From positions 736,001-800,000 of the forward strand of contig CAVPJU010000006.1 in NCBI GenBank assembly GCA_963705505.1: a stretch of 64,000 bases of DNA, given 5' to 3'. The notes below the pieces were generated by a model. It did no database searches, was not told the DNA's origin, and saw only the letters and a list, made by a program, of their open reading frames with translations. A program made the translations under genes and the position numbers. This document shows, piece by piece, positions 21,199 to 30,418 of the stretch; position 1 is the stretch's first letter, and each line of letters opens with the position of its first letter. The DNA is from an uncultured bacterium (GTDB taxonomy: Bacteria > Desulfobacterota_D > UBA1144 > Nemesobacterales > UBA2774).

Positions 21199-21260
21199 GC
21201 GGGGGGTTTTCACAAACCCTCCGCATTCGGAAATGCCGGGATACTTTATTCCGGGCATTT
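21199..21260 (+). terminator. Two tandem stem-loops after atpE
   Basis: GCGGGGGGTTT-TCAC-AAACCCTCCGC, then AAATGCC...GGCATTT; weak U-tract. Confidence 0.55.
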
Positions 21261-21293
21261 GATATATTCGTCCCGCGGTATTACCATTCCACT

Positions 21294-21740
21294 ATGAAGA
21301 AAGCTGTTTTGTCCCTGGTTCTGGTTTTCGTCTTGTTCGGGTGTGGTACGACGAAAGGTTTAATTCAGAAAGACGACCAGGAATCCCTCGCAAAATCATC
21401 CGACCTTTATTACAAGCTGATAATGTGGAAGTCTTATGATAAAGCCGCCAAGTTCGTGGACCCCGAGAAGCACAAGCAGTTCGAGAGCTTCGTGCTCGCA
21501 AATCAGGAGGACCTCAACATTACGGGCTATGAGATAAAAGATATGGCCTATATTACGGAAGGCAAGCCCGACGGCAACAACAAAGAAATGGAAACCAGCG
21601 TGTGTGAGGTGAGGGTGCTTTATACATATTATAAATACCCTTCGGTCTCGGAGAAGAGCGTCATGGCGAAGGACACGTGGGTACAAATTGGAAAGTTCTG
21701 GTATATATCATCCGATTTCAATGAAGGGACTTTCAAGTAG
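21294..21740 (+). CDS. Hypothetical lipoprotein
   Basis: MKK + hydrophobic + LFGC lipobox; 148 aa. Confidence 0.75.
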   Translation: MKKAVLSLVLVFVLFGCGTTKGLIQKDDQESLAKSSDLYYKLIMWKSYDKAAKFVDPEKHKQFESFVLANQEDLNITGYEIKDMAYITEGKPDGNNKEMETSVCEVRVLYTYYKYPSVSEKSVMAKDTWVQIGKFWYISSDFNEGTFK

Positions 21741-21752
21741 ATTTATTTGAGC

Positions 21753-23123
21753 CTAATCACTCCGCTCGTCAAGCGGGTATTTTTTTGACACTATCTCTTC
21801 CGCTTCTTTTCTGTTTTTTATCTCACCTTCAAGCTGCGCTTCCTCAACGAAATTCAGTATCTCGGTGAATATGGGGCCGGGGGTATATCCCATTTCGATA
21901 AGCTCCCTGCCTCCCAAAAGCGGCTCGGGTTTTATCTCCTCGTCCTTGAACTCATCGAACTTTTTCATGATGAAGTCGTATGCTTCGGTTGAGCCGTGGC
22001 TCGCCATGCAGTCGGCAAGGTGCAGGACCAGGTGTTCTTCGAAATCGGGAGTCCCGATGAATCGCTTTAATGTGCTTTTTTTCATGTAAAACACGTCTTT
22101 AAACTTCAGATGGTCCCGCACTAGCTCATAGACGACCTCTGTCTGTTTATTCGAGAATTTGAGCCTCCTGCATATGTCAACGGACATTTCTGCCCCGAGC
22201 TTGTCGTGGCCGTTGAACCTTATTCTATCCGAAACGGAAAATGTCGGGGGTTTCCCCACATCATGCAGCAGCCCCCCCATGGCGAGCTCGGGCGATATGA
22301 TGCCCCCGGTGTTCTCGTATATCTTGTCCAGCACGAGACAAGTGTGCGTGAATACATCCCCCTCCGGGTGGAATTCGGGAGGCTGTTCCACTCCGTACAT
22401 TCGATCGACCTCGGGAAGTATATGACCGAGCAGGCCGCTTTCCCGTAGCAGCCCGAGCCCTGACCCGGGGTTCTTCTGCGTTATAATTTTTACGAGCTCG
22501 TCCCTGATTCTCTCCGCGCTCACCTGATTTATTCCCGATGCGAGTTTTTTGAGCGCATCGTGTGTACTATCCTCGAGCGCGAAACCGTATCTCGATGCGA
22601 ATCTCACGGCGCGCATGAGCCTGAGCTTATCCTCGCTGAACCTCTCAAGCGGAACGCCTATGGTCCTGATTATCCCGTCCCGTATATCGTCCATTCCGCC
22701 TACATAATCGATGGCTTTTTCCTCGATAGGGTCGTAGAGCATCCCGTTTATCGTGAAGTCCCTCCGCAGCACGTCCTCTTCTTCTTCAGTGCTGTAGGTG
22801 ACTCTGTCAGGGTGACGGCCATCGGAGTAACTCTCGTCTTTCCTGAACGTGGCGACTTCAAATCTGTAATGGCCTATGAGCACGAGGATTACGCCGAAGC
22901 TCACTCCGACCGGTATCGTGTGCGAGAATAATTTCGATACTTCATCGGGAGTGGCGCTTGTAGTTATGTCGTATTCCTTCGGAGGGACGTTCATAAGCGT
23001 GTCTCTCGTGCACCCGCCGACGCAGAACGCCTTGTACCCCGAATTCCTCAGCTGGGTGACGAGGTATTTCCCCATATCGAATAATTCGCTCTTAAACGGT
23101 TTAACTTTTACAACTTTTTTCAT
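21753..23123 (-). CDS. cca: Class II CCA tRNA nucleotidyltransferase with HD domain
   Basis: VGGCTRD, EVATFR, RRDFTING, EDKLRLMRAVRF, SAERI, LLHDVGKP. Confidence 0.88.
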   Translation of the reverse strand: MKKVVKVKPFKSELFDMGKYLVTQLRNSGYKAFCVGGCTRDTLMNVPPKEYDITTSATPDEVSKLFSHTIPVGVSFGVILVLIGHYRFEVATFRKDESYSDGRHPDRVTYSTEEEEDVLRRDFTINGMLYDPIEEKAIDYVGGMDDIRDGIIRTIGVPLERFSEDKLRLMRAVRFASRYGFALEDSTHDALKKLASGINQVSAERIRDELVKIITQKNPGSGLGLLRESGLLGHILPEVDRMYGVEQPPEFHPEGDVFTHTCLVLDKIYENTGGIISPELAMGGLLHDVGKPPTFSVSDRIRFNGHDKLGAEMSVDICRRLKFSNKQTEVVYELVRDHLKFKDVFYMKKSTLKRFIGTPDFEEHLVLHLADCMASHGSTEAYDFIMKKFDEFKDEEIKPEPLLGGRELIEMGYTPGPIFTEILNFVEEAQLEGEIKNRKEAEEIVSKKYPLDERSD

Positions 23124-23204
23124 TGTTTTAAACTCAGAGTTTTATAGTATATTTTACACTCTGTCCGGTAAAGGATATTCTAACGTAAGTATTGATTATA
23201 CCGA

Positions 23205-24212
23205 ATGAGCGAAAAGACTATACCAGAACTTCTGCAAAATCGAGTCAAGGAACACGGCACGAGACTCCTCTTCCAGCGGCGGGACGGCTGGAGCTGGAAA
23301 CAAATTACCTGGCTCGACTTCGACCGTAAAGTGAAGAACATCGCCGCTTTTCTGCTGGACCTGGGCTTCGGCAGGGGAGACCGGGCGCTCGTGGTTTCTT
23401 CAAACAGGCTCGAGGCGATCTCGGCTGAGATGGCTATCTTCCATCTCGGGGGGATCATTGTCCCCCTGTCCGCGGATGAAAGCTCGGACAGGATCGTCGG
23501 AGCGGTCAATGAGATCAATGCGAAGCTTATATTTCTCGAGCATGGAGCTTCAACGGACGGAGTTCTGGATACTCTCCACACGATGCCGGGGGTCGGCAGG
23601 GTTATAATATTCCCGGACGCAAGAATAAAAAACGACAGGGTTATCGACTTTAAAGCGGTTCTGAAATTCGGATTGATGAAAAGAAAGAAGCTTGAGGACG
23701 AGCTTGCCGGGATTTATAAAAGCATCGATCCCGAAGTCCCCTCAGCCATTTTTTTATATTCCGACACCGGACATCACACCGAAGTCTCACAGGGCGGATT
23801 AATGGAGGCGCTTCACAATGCGTCCCTCAGGTGTCCGCATCTGAGTGCCGAAGACCAGTCCTTTTCTTATCTAACGGCCGCCAGCCCCTTTGCGAAGTTC
23901 GTCAACTATCTCACCCTTTATCAGGGCAGCAGGGCTGCGGTCGCGGAAACGAGAAAGGATTTCTACCAGGATCTGGTCGAGGTAATGCCCACGGTATTAT
24001 TCGAGACGAAGGCGGGTCTCGAGAGCTTATGCGGAAAGTCTATTGCGGAATCGAACGGGCTTCCGCCTGGGAAGAAGCTGAGGATGGATATGGGAAACAG
24101 GGTTAAACATATATTTACCGATTCTCTTCCCGGGGGGGAGATCGAAAGTCTCCTGAAAAATACGGGAGCTCTCCTCGTAGAAGTACCCGAATTTAACTCT
24201 CTGCTCGGCTAA
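23205..24212 (+). CDS. Truncated AMP-binding (long-chain acyl-CoA synthetase-like) protein
   Basis: N-terminus resembles FadD/ACSL (WKQITW, LGFGRGDR, SSNRLE, GGIIVPL). Only 335 aa; P-loop degenerate. Confidence 0.75.
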   Translation: MSEKTIPELLQNRVKEHGTRLLFQRRDGWSWKQITWLDFDRKVKNIAAFLLDLGFGRGDRALVVSSNRLEAISAEMAIFHLGGIIVPLSADESSDRIVGAVNEINAKLIFLEHGASTDGVLDTLHTMPGVGRVIIFPDARIKNDRVIDFKAVLKFGLMKRKKLEDELAGIYKSIDPEVPSAIFLYSDTGHHTEVSQGGLMEALHNASLRCPHLSAEDQSFSYLTAASPFAKFVNYLTLYQGSRAAVAETRKDFYQDLVEVMPTVLFETKAGLESLCGKSIAESNGLPPGKKLRMDMGNRVKHIFTDSLPGGEIESLLKNTGALLVEVPEFNSLLG

Positions 24213-25378
24213 TCTTCCGTCTCGGTCACGGAGCATCTGGCTTTCCCGCTGTTAAAATTTATCAGGACATTATCTCCGCTCCGGAGCTCTTTGGAGTCCT
24301 TTACGACTTTCATGGAAGGGATCTTGTAAGTGATGCTGTAGCCGCGGTCGAGCACCTTGAGAGGGCTCAGAGCGTCTAGCTTTCCCGCAAGCGCGCCCGT
24401 CTCCGATAGAGCGTTATCGTATTTAATCTGAAAGAGCCTCGTCATATCCGACTGCATCTGATCGATTTCCCTGGCGTGGATTTCGATACGGTTCACTAGC
24501 GCTAAAGCGATCTTTCCCTTAAGCTCCGCCAAGTCCTGAAGCAGCAGGGCCTTTTCCCTGACCACTAATTCGGCTGCATTTGAAGGGGTCGCCGCTCTTA
24601 CGTCCGCGACAAGGTCGGCAATCGTAATGTCTATTTCGTGTCCGACGGCGGATACGACCGGCACGGGGGATTTCGCAATCTCCCTCGCGAGCGCCTCGTC
24701 GTTAAAAGCCCTGAGGTCTTCCTTCGAGCCGCCCCCCCTTGCCAGGATAATGAGGTCGATCCCAGGAAGCCTGTAAAGTTTATTCAGGGCCGATATTATT
24801 TCTCTCGGGGCTTCATCTCCCTGCACCCTTGCCGGGGAGATGAGTATTTCGAGGTTCGGGAACCTCACGTCTAGGACTTTCAATATATCCTTTACGGCGG
24901 CTCCAGTGGGCGACGTGACGACTCCGATCCTTTGAGGAAGGAAGGGGAGGGGACGTTTTCTCTCCGCGTTAAATAGCCCCTCCGCGAGGAGCTTCTCTTT
25001 TAACTGTTCGAGCGCGAGGGCCTGGGCCCCGACACCCTTGGGCTCCATATCCCTCACATTTAGCTGGTAGACGCCCTGTTTCTCGTAAACCCCTACCTGT
25101 CCCGAGCAAATTACTTCCGTACCGTTCTCGGGAAGGAATTTAATCGCCTGATTGGCCCACTTGAAGCAGACCGCGGATATCTGGCTCGAGGCGTCTTTGA
25201 GAGAGAAATACCAGTGCCCGCTCGTGTAGTTGCCTTTGAAGTTGGAAATCTCGCCCACGACCCAAATGTACTCGAACCCTATGTCCTCTTCGATCGTCTC
25301 TTTAATCCTGGCGTTGAGCTCGGATACGGTATATATCTGCGATTTGAAGATTTCCTGAAAAGATATCGGGTCTTCCAT
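24209..25378 (-). CDS. xseA: Exodeoxyribonuclease VII large subunit
   Basis: GEISNF, SGHWYFSLKD, TSPTGAA, ARGGGS, SAVGHE, TPSNAAE, SPLKVLDRGYS. Confidence 0.96.
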   Translation of the reverse strand: MEDPISFQEIFKSQIYTVSELNARIKETIEEDIGFEYIWVVGEISNFKGNYTSGHWYFSLKDASSQISAVCFKWANQAIKFLPENGTEVICSGQVGVYEKQGVYQLNVRDMEPKGVGAQALALEQLKEKLLAEGLFNAERKRPLPFLPQRIGVVTSPTGAAVKDILKVLDVRFPNLEILISPARVQGDEAPREIISALNKLYRLPGIDLIILARGGGSKEDLRAFNDEALAREIAKSPVPVVSAVGHEIDITIADLVADVRAATPSNAAELVVREKALLLQDLAELKGKIALALVNRIEIHAREIDQMQSDMTRLFQIKYDNALSETGALAGKLDALSPLKVLDRGYSITYKIPSMKVVKDSKELRSGDNVLINFNSGKARCSVTETED

Positions 25379-25457
25379 TCGGATGTAGTATTTTGGATAG
25401 GCGGGGAATAGTCAAGAAATATCGATCATTCGGGAACGGGTCTCTATCGTTCGGTTC

Positions 25458-25953
25458 TTAAAGCAGCTCCGGGTGTTTATCCGAAATAAATTCTAAGAGA
25501 AGCGGGTCGAGTTTTGCATTATGCAGGGTTTTCACGGTCGAAATCTGCTCAGGCGTCATCTTCATGCACCCGGCAAGGTCTGCGCCTTCGAGTATCGCCT
25601 CCTGGAGGTTCGCGAGTTTCAGATTAACTCCCCTGAGGTTCGCCCGAGTGAGGTCGGTTTTTATCAAATGCGCTCCTTCGAGCGTGGCACCTTCGAGATT
25701 CGCGTCTTCGAGGTTTGCACCCTCTAAGTTTGTCCCGAATAGAGTGGCTCCCTTGAGCTTCGCTCCTTTGAGGCTCGAGCCTTTACAGAAGGCGAGCTTC
25801 ATATTCGCGCCTTCGAGGTTTACTACCGCTTAGGTCGGTGCCTACGAGGTTCGCCCATGCGAGATCCGGTTTTGTGCCCGGATTAACTTCCCTCCATCTA
25901 TTCCACTCCTCCACACCTTTTTTGATTAGAGTTACGTGCTCCTGGTTTGCCAT
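25458..25953 (-). pseudogene. Pentapeptide repeat protein with a 1-nt frameshift near 25824 (pseudogene or sequencing error)
   Basis: MANQEHVTLIKKGVEEWNRWR...DLAWANLVGTDLSG continues one base over as VNLEGANMKLA... with A(N/D)LxG repeats. Confidence 0.8.
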
Positions 25954-26002
25954 GTGCCGGGATTACCCTGATACTCGCATTTCGCAGCGTGCATGCTCGA
26001 TA

Positions 26003-27485
26003 CTACTTTACTCTCTTTAACGCCGGGGCTACGAGGTTTGAGTGGTATTTGCCGATCTCCCTCGCCAGCATACCGGTTACATTTTTAATATCCCACTGTG
26101 CCCCTTCGGACATCCTTAAATTTATAAGGTGATATAGCTCCCACAGGTCGAAGCTTCCGAGAACGCGCCTGTTATGTGCATTCGTCACGACGTAGCTCGC
26201 CGTTTCGGTCAGGTTTTCGTTCATCAGCTTATCGTAAAATTTTTCACTTTCATCGGCTGCCTTCACAAGCATTTCCGCGACCCCCGCTTTTTCTATATTA
26301 GGCGGGACCGTGATCCCGTGAGATACGGAGGGGTCCTTGTAAATCCAGTCCGTCTTCCTGTGGCGGAGAAGCTGGTGCCAGCAGGCTTCGCTTATGACGA
26401 ACTCTGCCTCGTAATGAACGAGCCTGAGAGCGTTTACGGGATTATCGTATTTCCCGAGCTTCTCTAGTGACTTTTTCAATATGTCGAGTTTGCTCCCGAG
26501 TCCTTGTCCATGAAGCGTCTTTTCGATCTCCTCATAGCTCGAATCCGAGTGCTCGAAGAGTATGGCTCCGATCATTTTATCGATGGCCGCTTCTTCGGGG
26601 TTTGGGGAGCCCTTGCCCGTCCAGTCTAGTAGATTAACGCGAGGGTTCGTTTGTTTGCTCAGGCGTGTTCCGCTCGAGTATCGTGTTTGAAATTTTTGCG
26701 AGCTCTTCCCTGGTTTCTGTGATGTACTTATTTTCATTCGCGTACTTTACGAGCGTCGGTACGGAGAACCGCACTTCATCCTTTATTTCCTGCGCCCTCT
26801 TCCTGACCTCGGCGTATTTATTCGACAGGAGCTTCGTTAGTGAGTCCTCGATCGCCCTCGCATTTGCGGTCATTCCGAGGTTGGTGAAGGTCGCGAGGCT
26901 GAGCGCGTACCTGGCGTCTTCGAAGGCGACCTTTTCGAGCGCCCTCAAATGCGCCTTCTCGTCCGTCCCTCCGGGCGCCGGTACGGTTCTCTTTAAATGC
27001 TCGAAGAGCCTTTCATTGAGCGAGGAGTATACGGTGTAAAGGCCGTCATTGAGATTAACGTACTCTTGCCTGAGTGTGGGGAATCGGTCGAGCTCCCCGG
27101 GCACATAAAAATCCCCTCTCGAAGGCTTCTGATACCTCTGTGAGTACTCCGTGAAAGAGATGTATTCATTTGATAGCTCCAGCATCGACGAGAAGAGTCG
27201 GGACACCCTCTCGATACCCACGTGCACGGCAGCGTGCTCGGCAACGGAGGCGTGCCCGTAGTTGAGCACCCATTTCTCGTGGAACTTCGATGCCCTTTCC
27301 TGTCCGAGCTGTTCTTCCTGAATGACCGCGCCAATATTATCCCGGAAGCTCTTGGGGCTTCTGCTTACATAGGCGAATATTACGGCGATTACCTCTTCGG
27401 GGATATTGCTGACCGTATAGATGTCCCTGTCTGTATTGGATACGTATCTTTTGATTTCGGTAGTGTGCGGTTTTTCCTCAGCCAT
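26003..27485 (-). CDS. thyX: Tandem-domain FAD-dependent thymidylate synthase, split by a 1-nt frameshift near 26644
   Basis: GHASVAEH, SQRY and EDARY in the first ORF; QLLRHR and LR...AQWDI in the second. Removing one base at GGG 26643-26645 fuses them. Confidence 0.85.
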
Positions 27486-27557
27486 TATTCTCCTCGGAAT
27501 GTCCGGTGATTTATTGTCACGGATGGGGTTCAGGAGTCCTTATTATACCGGCATCAG

Positions 27558-28310
27558 TCAGGAGATGGTAATACTTTCCTTAACCTTTTTTAAAATATAA
27601 TTCAGCACCTGGCCGGGCTTGCCGTATATGACCGCATCGACGTAGTCGTCGGCAGGGCTTTCCTTTTCGTTTATGATAACCACTTTGGCGTTATTCTCCT
27701 TGGCCAGAAATGGGTAAGATGCGACAGGCTCCTTGTCCAGCGAGGCTCCGGCAATGAGAAAGAGGTCGGCGTTATGAAGCCTCATCCACGCCTCCCGGGC
27801 TTCCCAGTGCGGGAGAGGCTGCCCCGGGAACGAAATAGTGGGTTTTAACTGGTCGCTTCCGCATTCCCTGCAGACGGGCACGGATGCGCCCTTTTCGAGC
27901 ATGCCGATGATTTCATCGATCGAATAATCCTTGCCGCAGCTGGGGCATGTGATCCATTGTATGCTGCTGTTGAGCTCGATCACGGTCGTATTTCCCGCCC
28001 TGCGGTGGAGTCCATCCGTGCTCTGCGTGAAGACGCAGTCGAGGTTCCCCAATAATTCCAGCTCAGCAAGCGCCCTATGCCCCGGACCCGGCTCGGCATT
28101 CTGGAGAGACGGGTAGATCTCCATTATCTTCATCCAGTACTCGGCCCGCACATCCCTGTTTTCACGGAAGTCCCTGATATGAGGGTTTAGCCTGGGGTCC
28201 GTAAAATCCGGCAAGCCGCTCTCGGCCGATAACCCGTACCCCGTGAGGACGATGATCTTCCGGGCCTCTTTGATCCACTCCGCGACCGTCCCTGCGACAT
28301 CCCTTTTCAT
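27558..28310 (-). CDS. Sir2/sirtuin-family protein with degenerate active site
   Basis: LTGYGLSAESGLPDF, TQSTDGLH, two CxxC pairs, LKP...FPG, GASL, IIN. Catalytic HG is NS. Confidence 0.88.
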   Translation of the reverse strand: MKRDVAGTVAEWIKEARKIIVLTGYGLSAESGLPDFTDPRLNPHIRDFRENRDVRAEYWMKIMEIYPSLQNAEPGPGHRALAELELLGNLDCVFTQSTDGLHRRAGNTTVIELNSSIQWITCPSCGKDYSIDEIIGMLEKGASVPVCRECGSDQLKPTISFPGQPLPHWEAREAWMRLHNADLFLIAGASLDKEPVASYPFLAKENNAKVVIINEKESPADDYVDAVIYGKPGQVLNYILKKVKESITIS

Positions 28311-28420
28311 CAGGATTTGATTATACAATTTTCGGATAAAACATGTCAACGAAGCGGGCTCCCGGCGCAAGATTCGGTACAATATAGGTGCATAAATCGT
28401 GAGTGATGCAAGGGGGAGTA

Positions 28421-28765
28421 ATGTCTAAATACAAGCCCGCGGAAATTACCGAGTTCAGCGATACGGCGCTCCTGATAGTATGGGACGACGGGCACGAGAG
28501 TATTTATCTGTTTGAGGATCTGAGACAGGAATGTCCCTGCGCTACCTGCAGGCAGCTGAGGAAAACTAGCAAGACCGGCAAGCTGCCGTTTAAGAAGACG
28601 ATTCCCTTGAGAGTTCAGTCCGCGGCGATCAAGCCTCTGCGCACGGAGCACGTAGGTCAATACGCGATCAAGTTCAGCTGGAACGATAAGCACGATACGG
28701 GGATTTATACGTACGACTTCCTGAGAGAGCTTTGCAGCTGTGAGGAATGCCGTACCGGGGGCTGA
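28421..28765 (+). CDS. DUF971 / GBBH-like N-terminal domain protein
   Basis: WDDGH, LRQECPCATC, VGQYA, WNDKHDTGIY. Confidence 0.88.
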   Translation: MSKYKPAEITEFSDTALLIVWDDGHESIYLFEDLRQECPCATCRQLRKTSKTGKLPFKKTIPLRVQSAAIKPLRTEHVGQYAIKFSWNDKHDTGIYTYDFLRELCSCEECRTGG

Positions 28766-28769
28766 CTCT

Positions 28770-29489
28770 TCATTCTATCTCGAACACGATGCTGACTGAA
28801 GCGCTTATCGAGAGATCGCCCGGCTCTATGGGGGTGGGGGGCGGAGGAGCCGCGGCTTCCTTGCTGAGGGCATAATCCCTGTATACGGGTACCGGGTAAT
28901 CGAAGGACGGGGACAATTGAAGTATTTTCGTTATGCTTACTCCTGCCGCCTTTGAAAGGGTTTCAGCAGTCGCCTTAGCGTCATTCACAGCCGCGACAAG
29001 GGCCTCTCTCCTGTACTCGTCCCTCTTCGTCGTATCGAATGAAAGGCTTTCGATGTTGTTAAGCCCCGCCTCGGCGGTGGTATCGATGATCGTCCCGATT
29101 TCTTTAAGGTTGTGCGCTTCGACGATGATGCGGTTGCTTGCCCTGTAACCTTTGAATTCCGAGTTGCTTGTCTGATTGTTATATTCATATACGGGGTTGA
29201 GGCTGTATCCCGCTGTCGAGACCTTATCGTTTTTGCCGAGCTTCGCCTTTATCGCCTCGATGACTTTATTGGTTTTCCCGGCATTTTCCCTGACTGCCTG
29301 GGAGGCGTTTTTTGCGAGGGTTTCGACCGAGAGGCTCAAATACGCGACATCGGGCGCAGCGTCCACCTTCCCGCTGCCCGTAACGCTAAGCGTGCGCTTC
29401 CCGTTCTGGCTCTCCTGGGCATAGGATGCATAATCCGCCGTATTTATTAGAATTAAACATCCCAGCAGGAGTGCTGTATAGGCTCTCAT
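28770..29489 (-). CDS. SIMPL domain (DUF541) exported protein
   Basis: Signal peptide, VTGSG...PD, PIEPG...VSIVFEI. Confidence 0.88.
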   Translation of the reverse strand: MRAYTALLLGCLILINTADYASYAQESQNGKRTLSVTGSGKVDAAPDVAYLSLSVETLAKNASQAVRENAGKTNKVIEAIKAKLGKNDKVSTAGYSLNPVYEYNNQTSNSEFKGYRASNRIIVEAHNLKEIGTIIDTTAEAGLNNIESLSFDTTKRDEYRREALVAAVNDAKATAETLSKAAGVSITKILQLSPSFDYPVPVYRDYALSKEAAAPPPPTPIEPGDLSISASVSIVFEIE

Positions 29490-29732
29490 TCTTCACCTCG
29501 CAAATGTTATTCCTATTCTCGCAAGCGTACCTATTATACTTAATCTTTACGATTGATTTCAGGTTTGGATTTAACTCGTATCCTGCAACTAAATTGAAAG
29601 GGCTCCGGCCGGATCCCGTTTATTTATAAACCCCGCCTCTTCAAATCTATCGAAAAATAGCATATATTTTAAAAATCAGCTTAAGATCGGCTTGTTGATT
29701 TTAATCATTCTTAATGATAGTTTTCTTAGTCC

Positions 29733-30407
29733 ATGATTGAGAAGAAGCTAGGTTATAAATTCAGGGAGAGCAAGCTTCTTAAAACTGCGCTTACCCACAG
29801 TTCTTACGCGAACGAGACTTCAGTCGAAAGCAACGAGAGGATGGAGTTCCTGGGTGATGCCGTCCTGGGTTTCATCGTCGCGCGCGTATTATACGACCTG
29901 TTCCCCGATGCTGCGGAAGGCAAGCTCTCCAAGATGAGGAGCGCCATAGTGAGCCGTATGAATTTCGCCCATTTCGCGAAGGAGCTCAAGATGGACAAGC
30001 AGCTACTGCTCGGGAAGGGTGAGGAGAATACGGGGGGGAGGAAGAGGCAGTCCAACCTCGCCGGCGCTTTCGAGGCTGTAATAGGGGCCATATTCATAGA
30101 CGGAGGGTACAAGAAGGTCTATAGGATAGTTACGAGGCTCTTAAAGAATTGCCTTAACGGCAACGAGGAGATTTTCAGGGATTATAAAACCAGGCTTCAG
30201 GAAGTCGCTCAGCGGCAGTTCAAGAAGGTACCCAAGTATAAAGTCGTGCTCGAAGAAGGGCCTCCCCACGACAAGTGTTTCCATGTGGAGGTGAAGCTCG
30301 GCAGGAAATGCATGGGTAAGGGGATCGGGAGGAATAAAAAACAGGCTGAGCAGGCTGCTGCAAAAGAGGGGCTTGAATATATAGAAGGCTTGAATAAGCT
30401 CACCTGA
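29733..30407 (+). CDS. rnc: Ribonuclease III
   Basis: ALTHSS, NERMEFLGDAVL, FEAVIGAIFIDGG, dsRBD (KTRLQE, KKQAEQAAA). Confidence 0.97.
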   Translation: MIEKKLGYKFRESKLLKTALTHSSYANETSVESNERMEFLGDAVLGFIVARVLYDLFPDAAEGKLSKMRSAIVSRMNFAHFAKELKMDKQLLLGKGEENTGGRKRQSNLAGAFEAVIGAIFIDGGYKKVYRIVTRLLKNCLNGNEEIFRDYKTRLQEVAQRQFKKVPKYKVVLEEGPPHDKCFHVEVKLGRKCMGKGIGRNKKQAEQAAAKEGLEYIEGLNKLT

Positions 30408-30418
30408 CAGTTTTCGTG

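Noticed and set aside
26634..26737. Programmed ribosomal frameshift in thyX
   Set aside because: No slippery heptamer or stimulatory structure, and other single-base insertions in the window point to read error.
29695..29708. FNR-like site TTGAT-N4-ATCAT upstream of rnc
   Set aside because: One mismatch, AT-rich context, and it overlaps a plausible -35 box.
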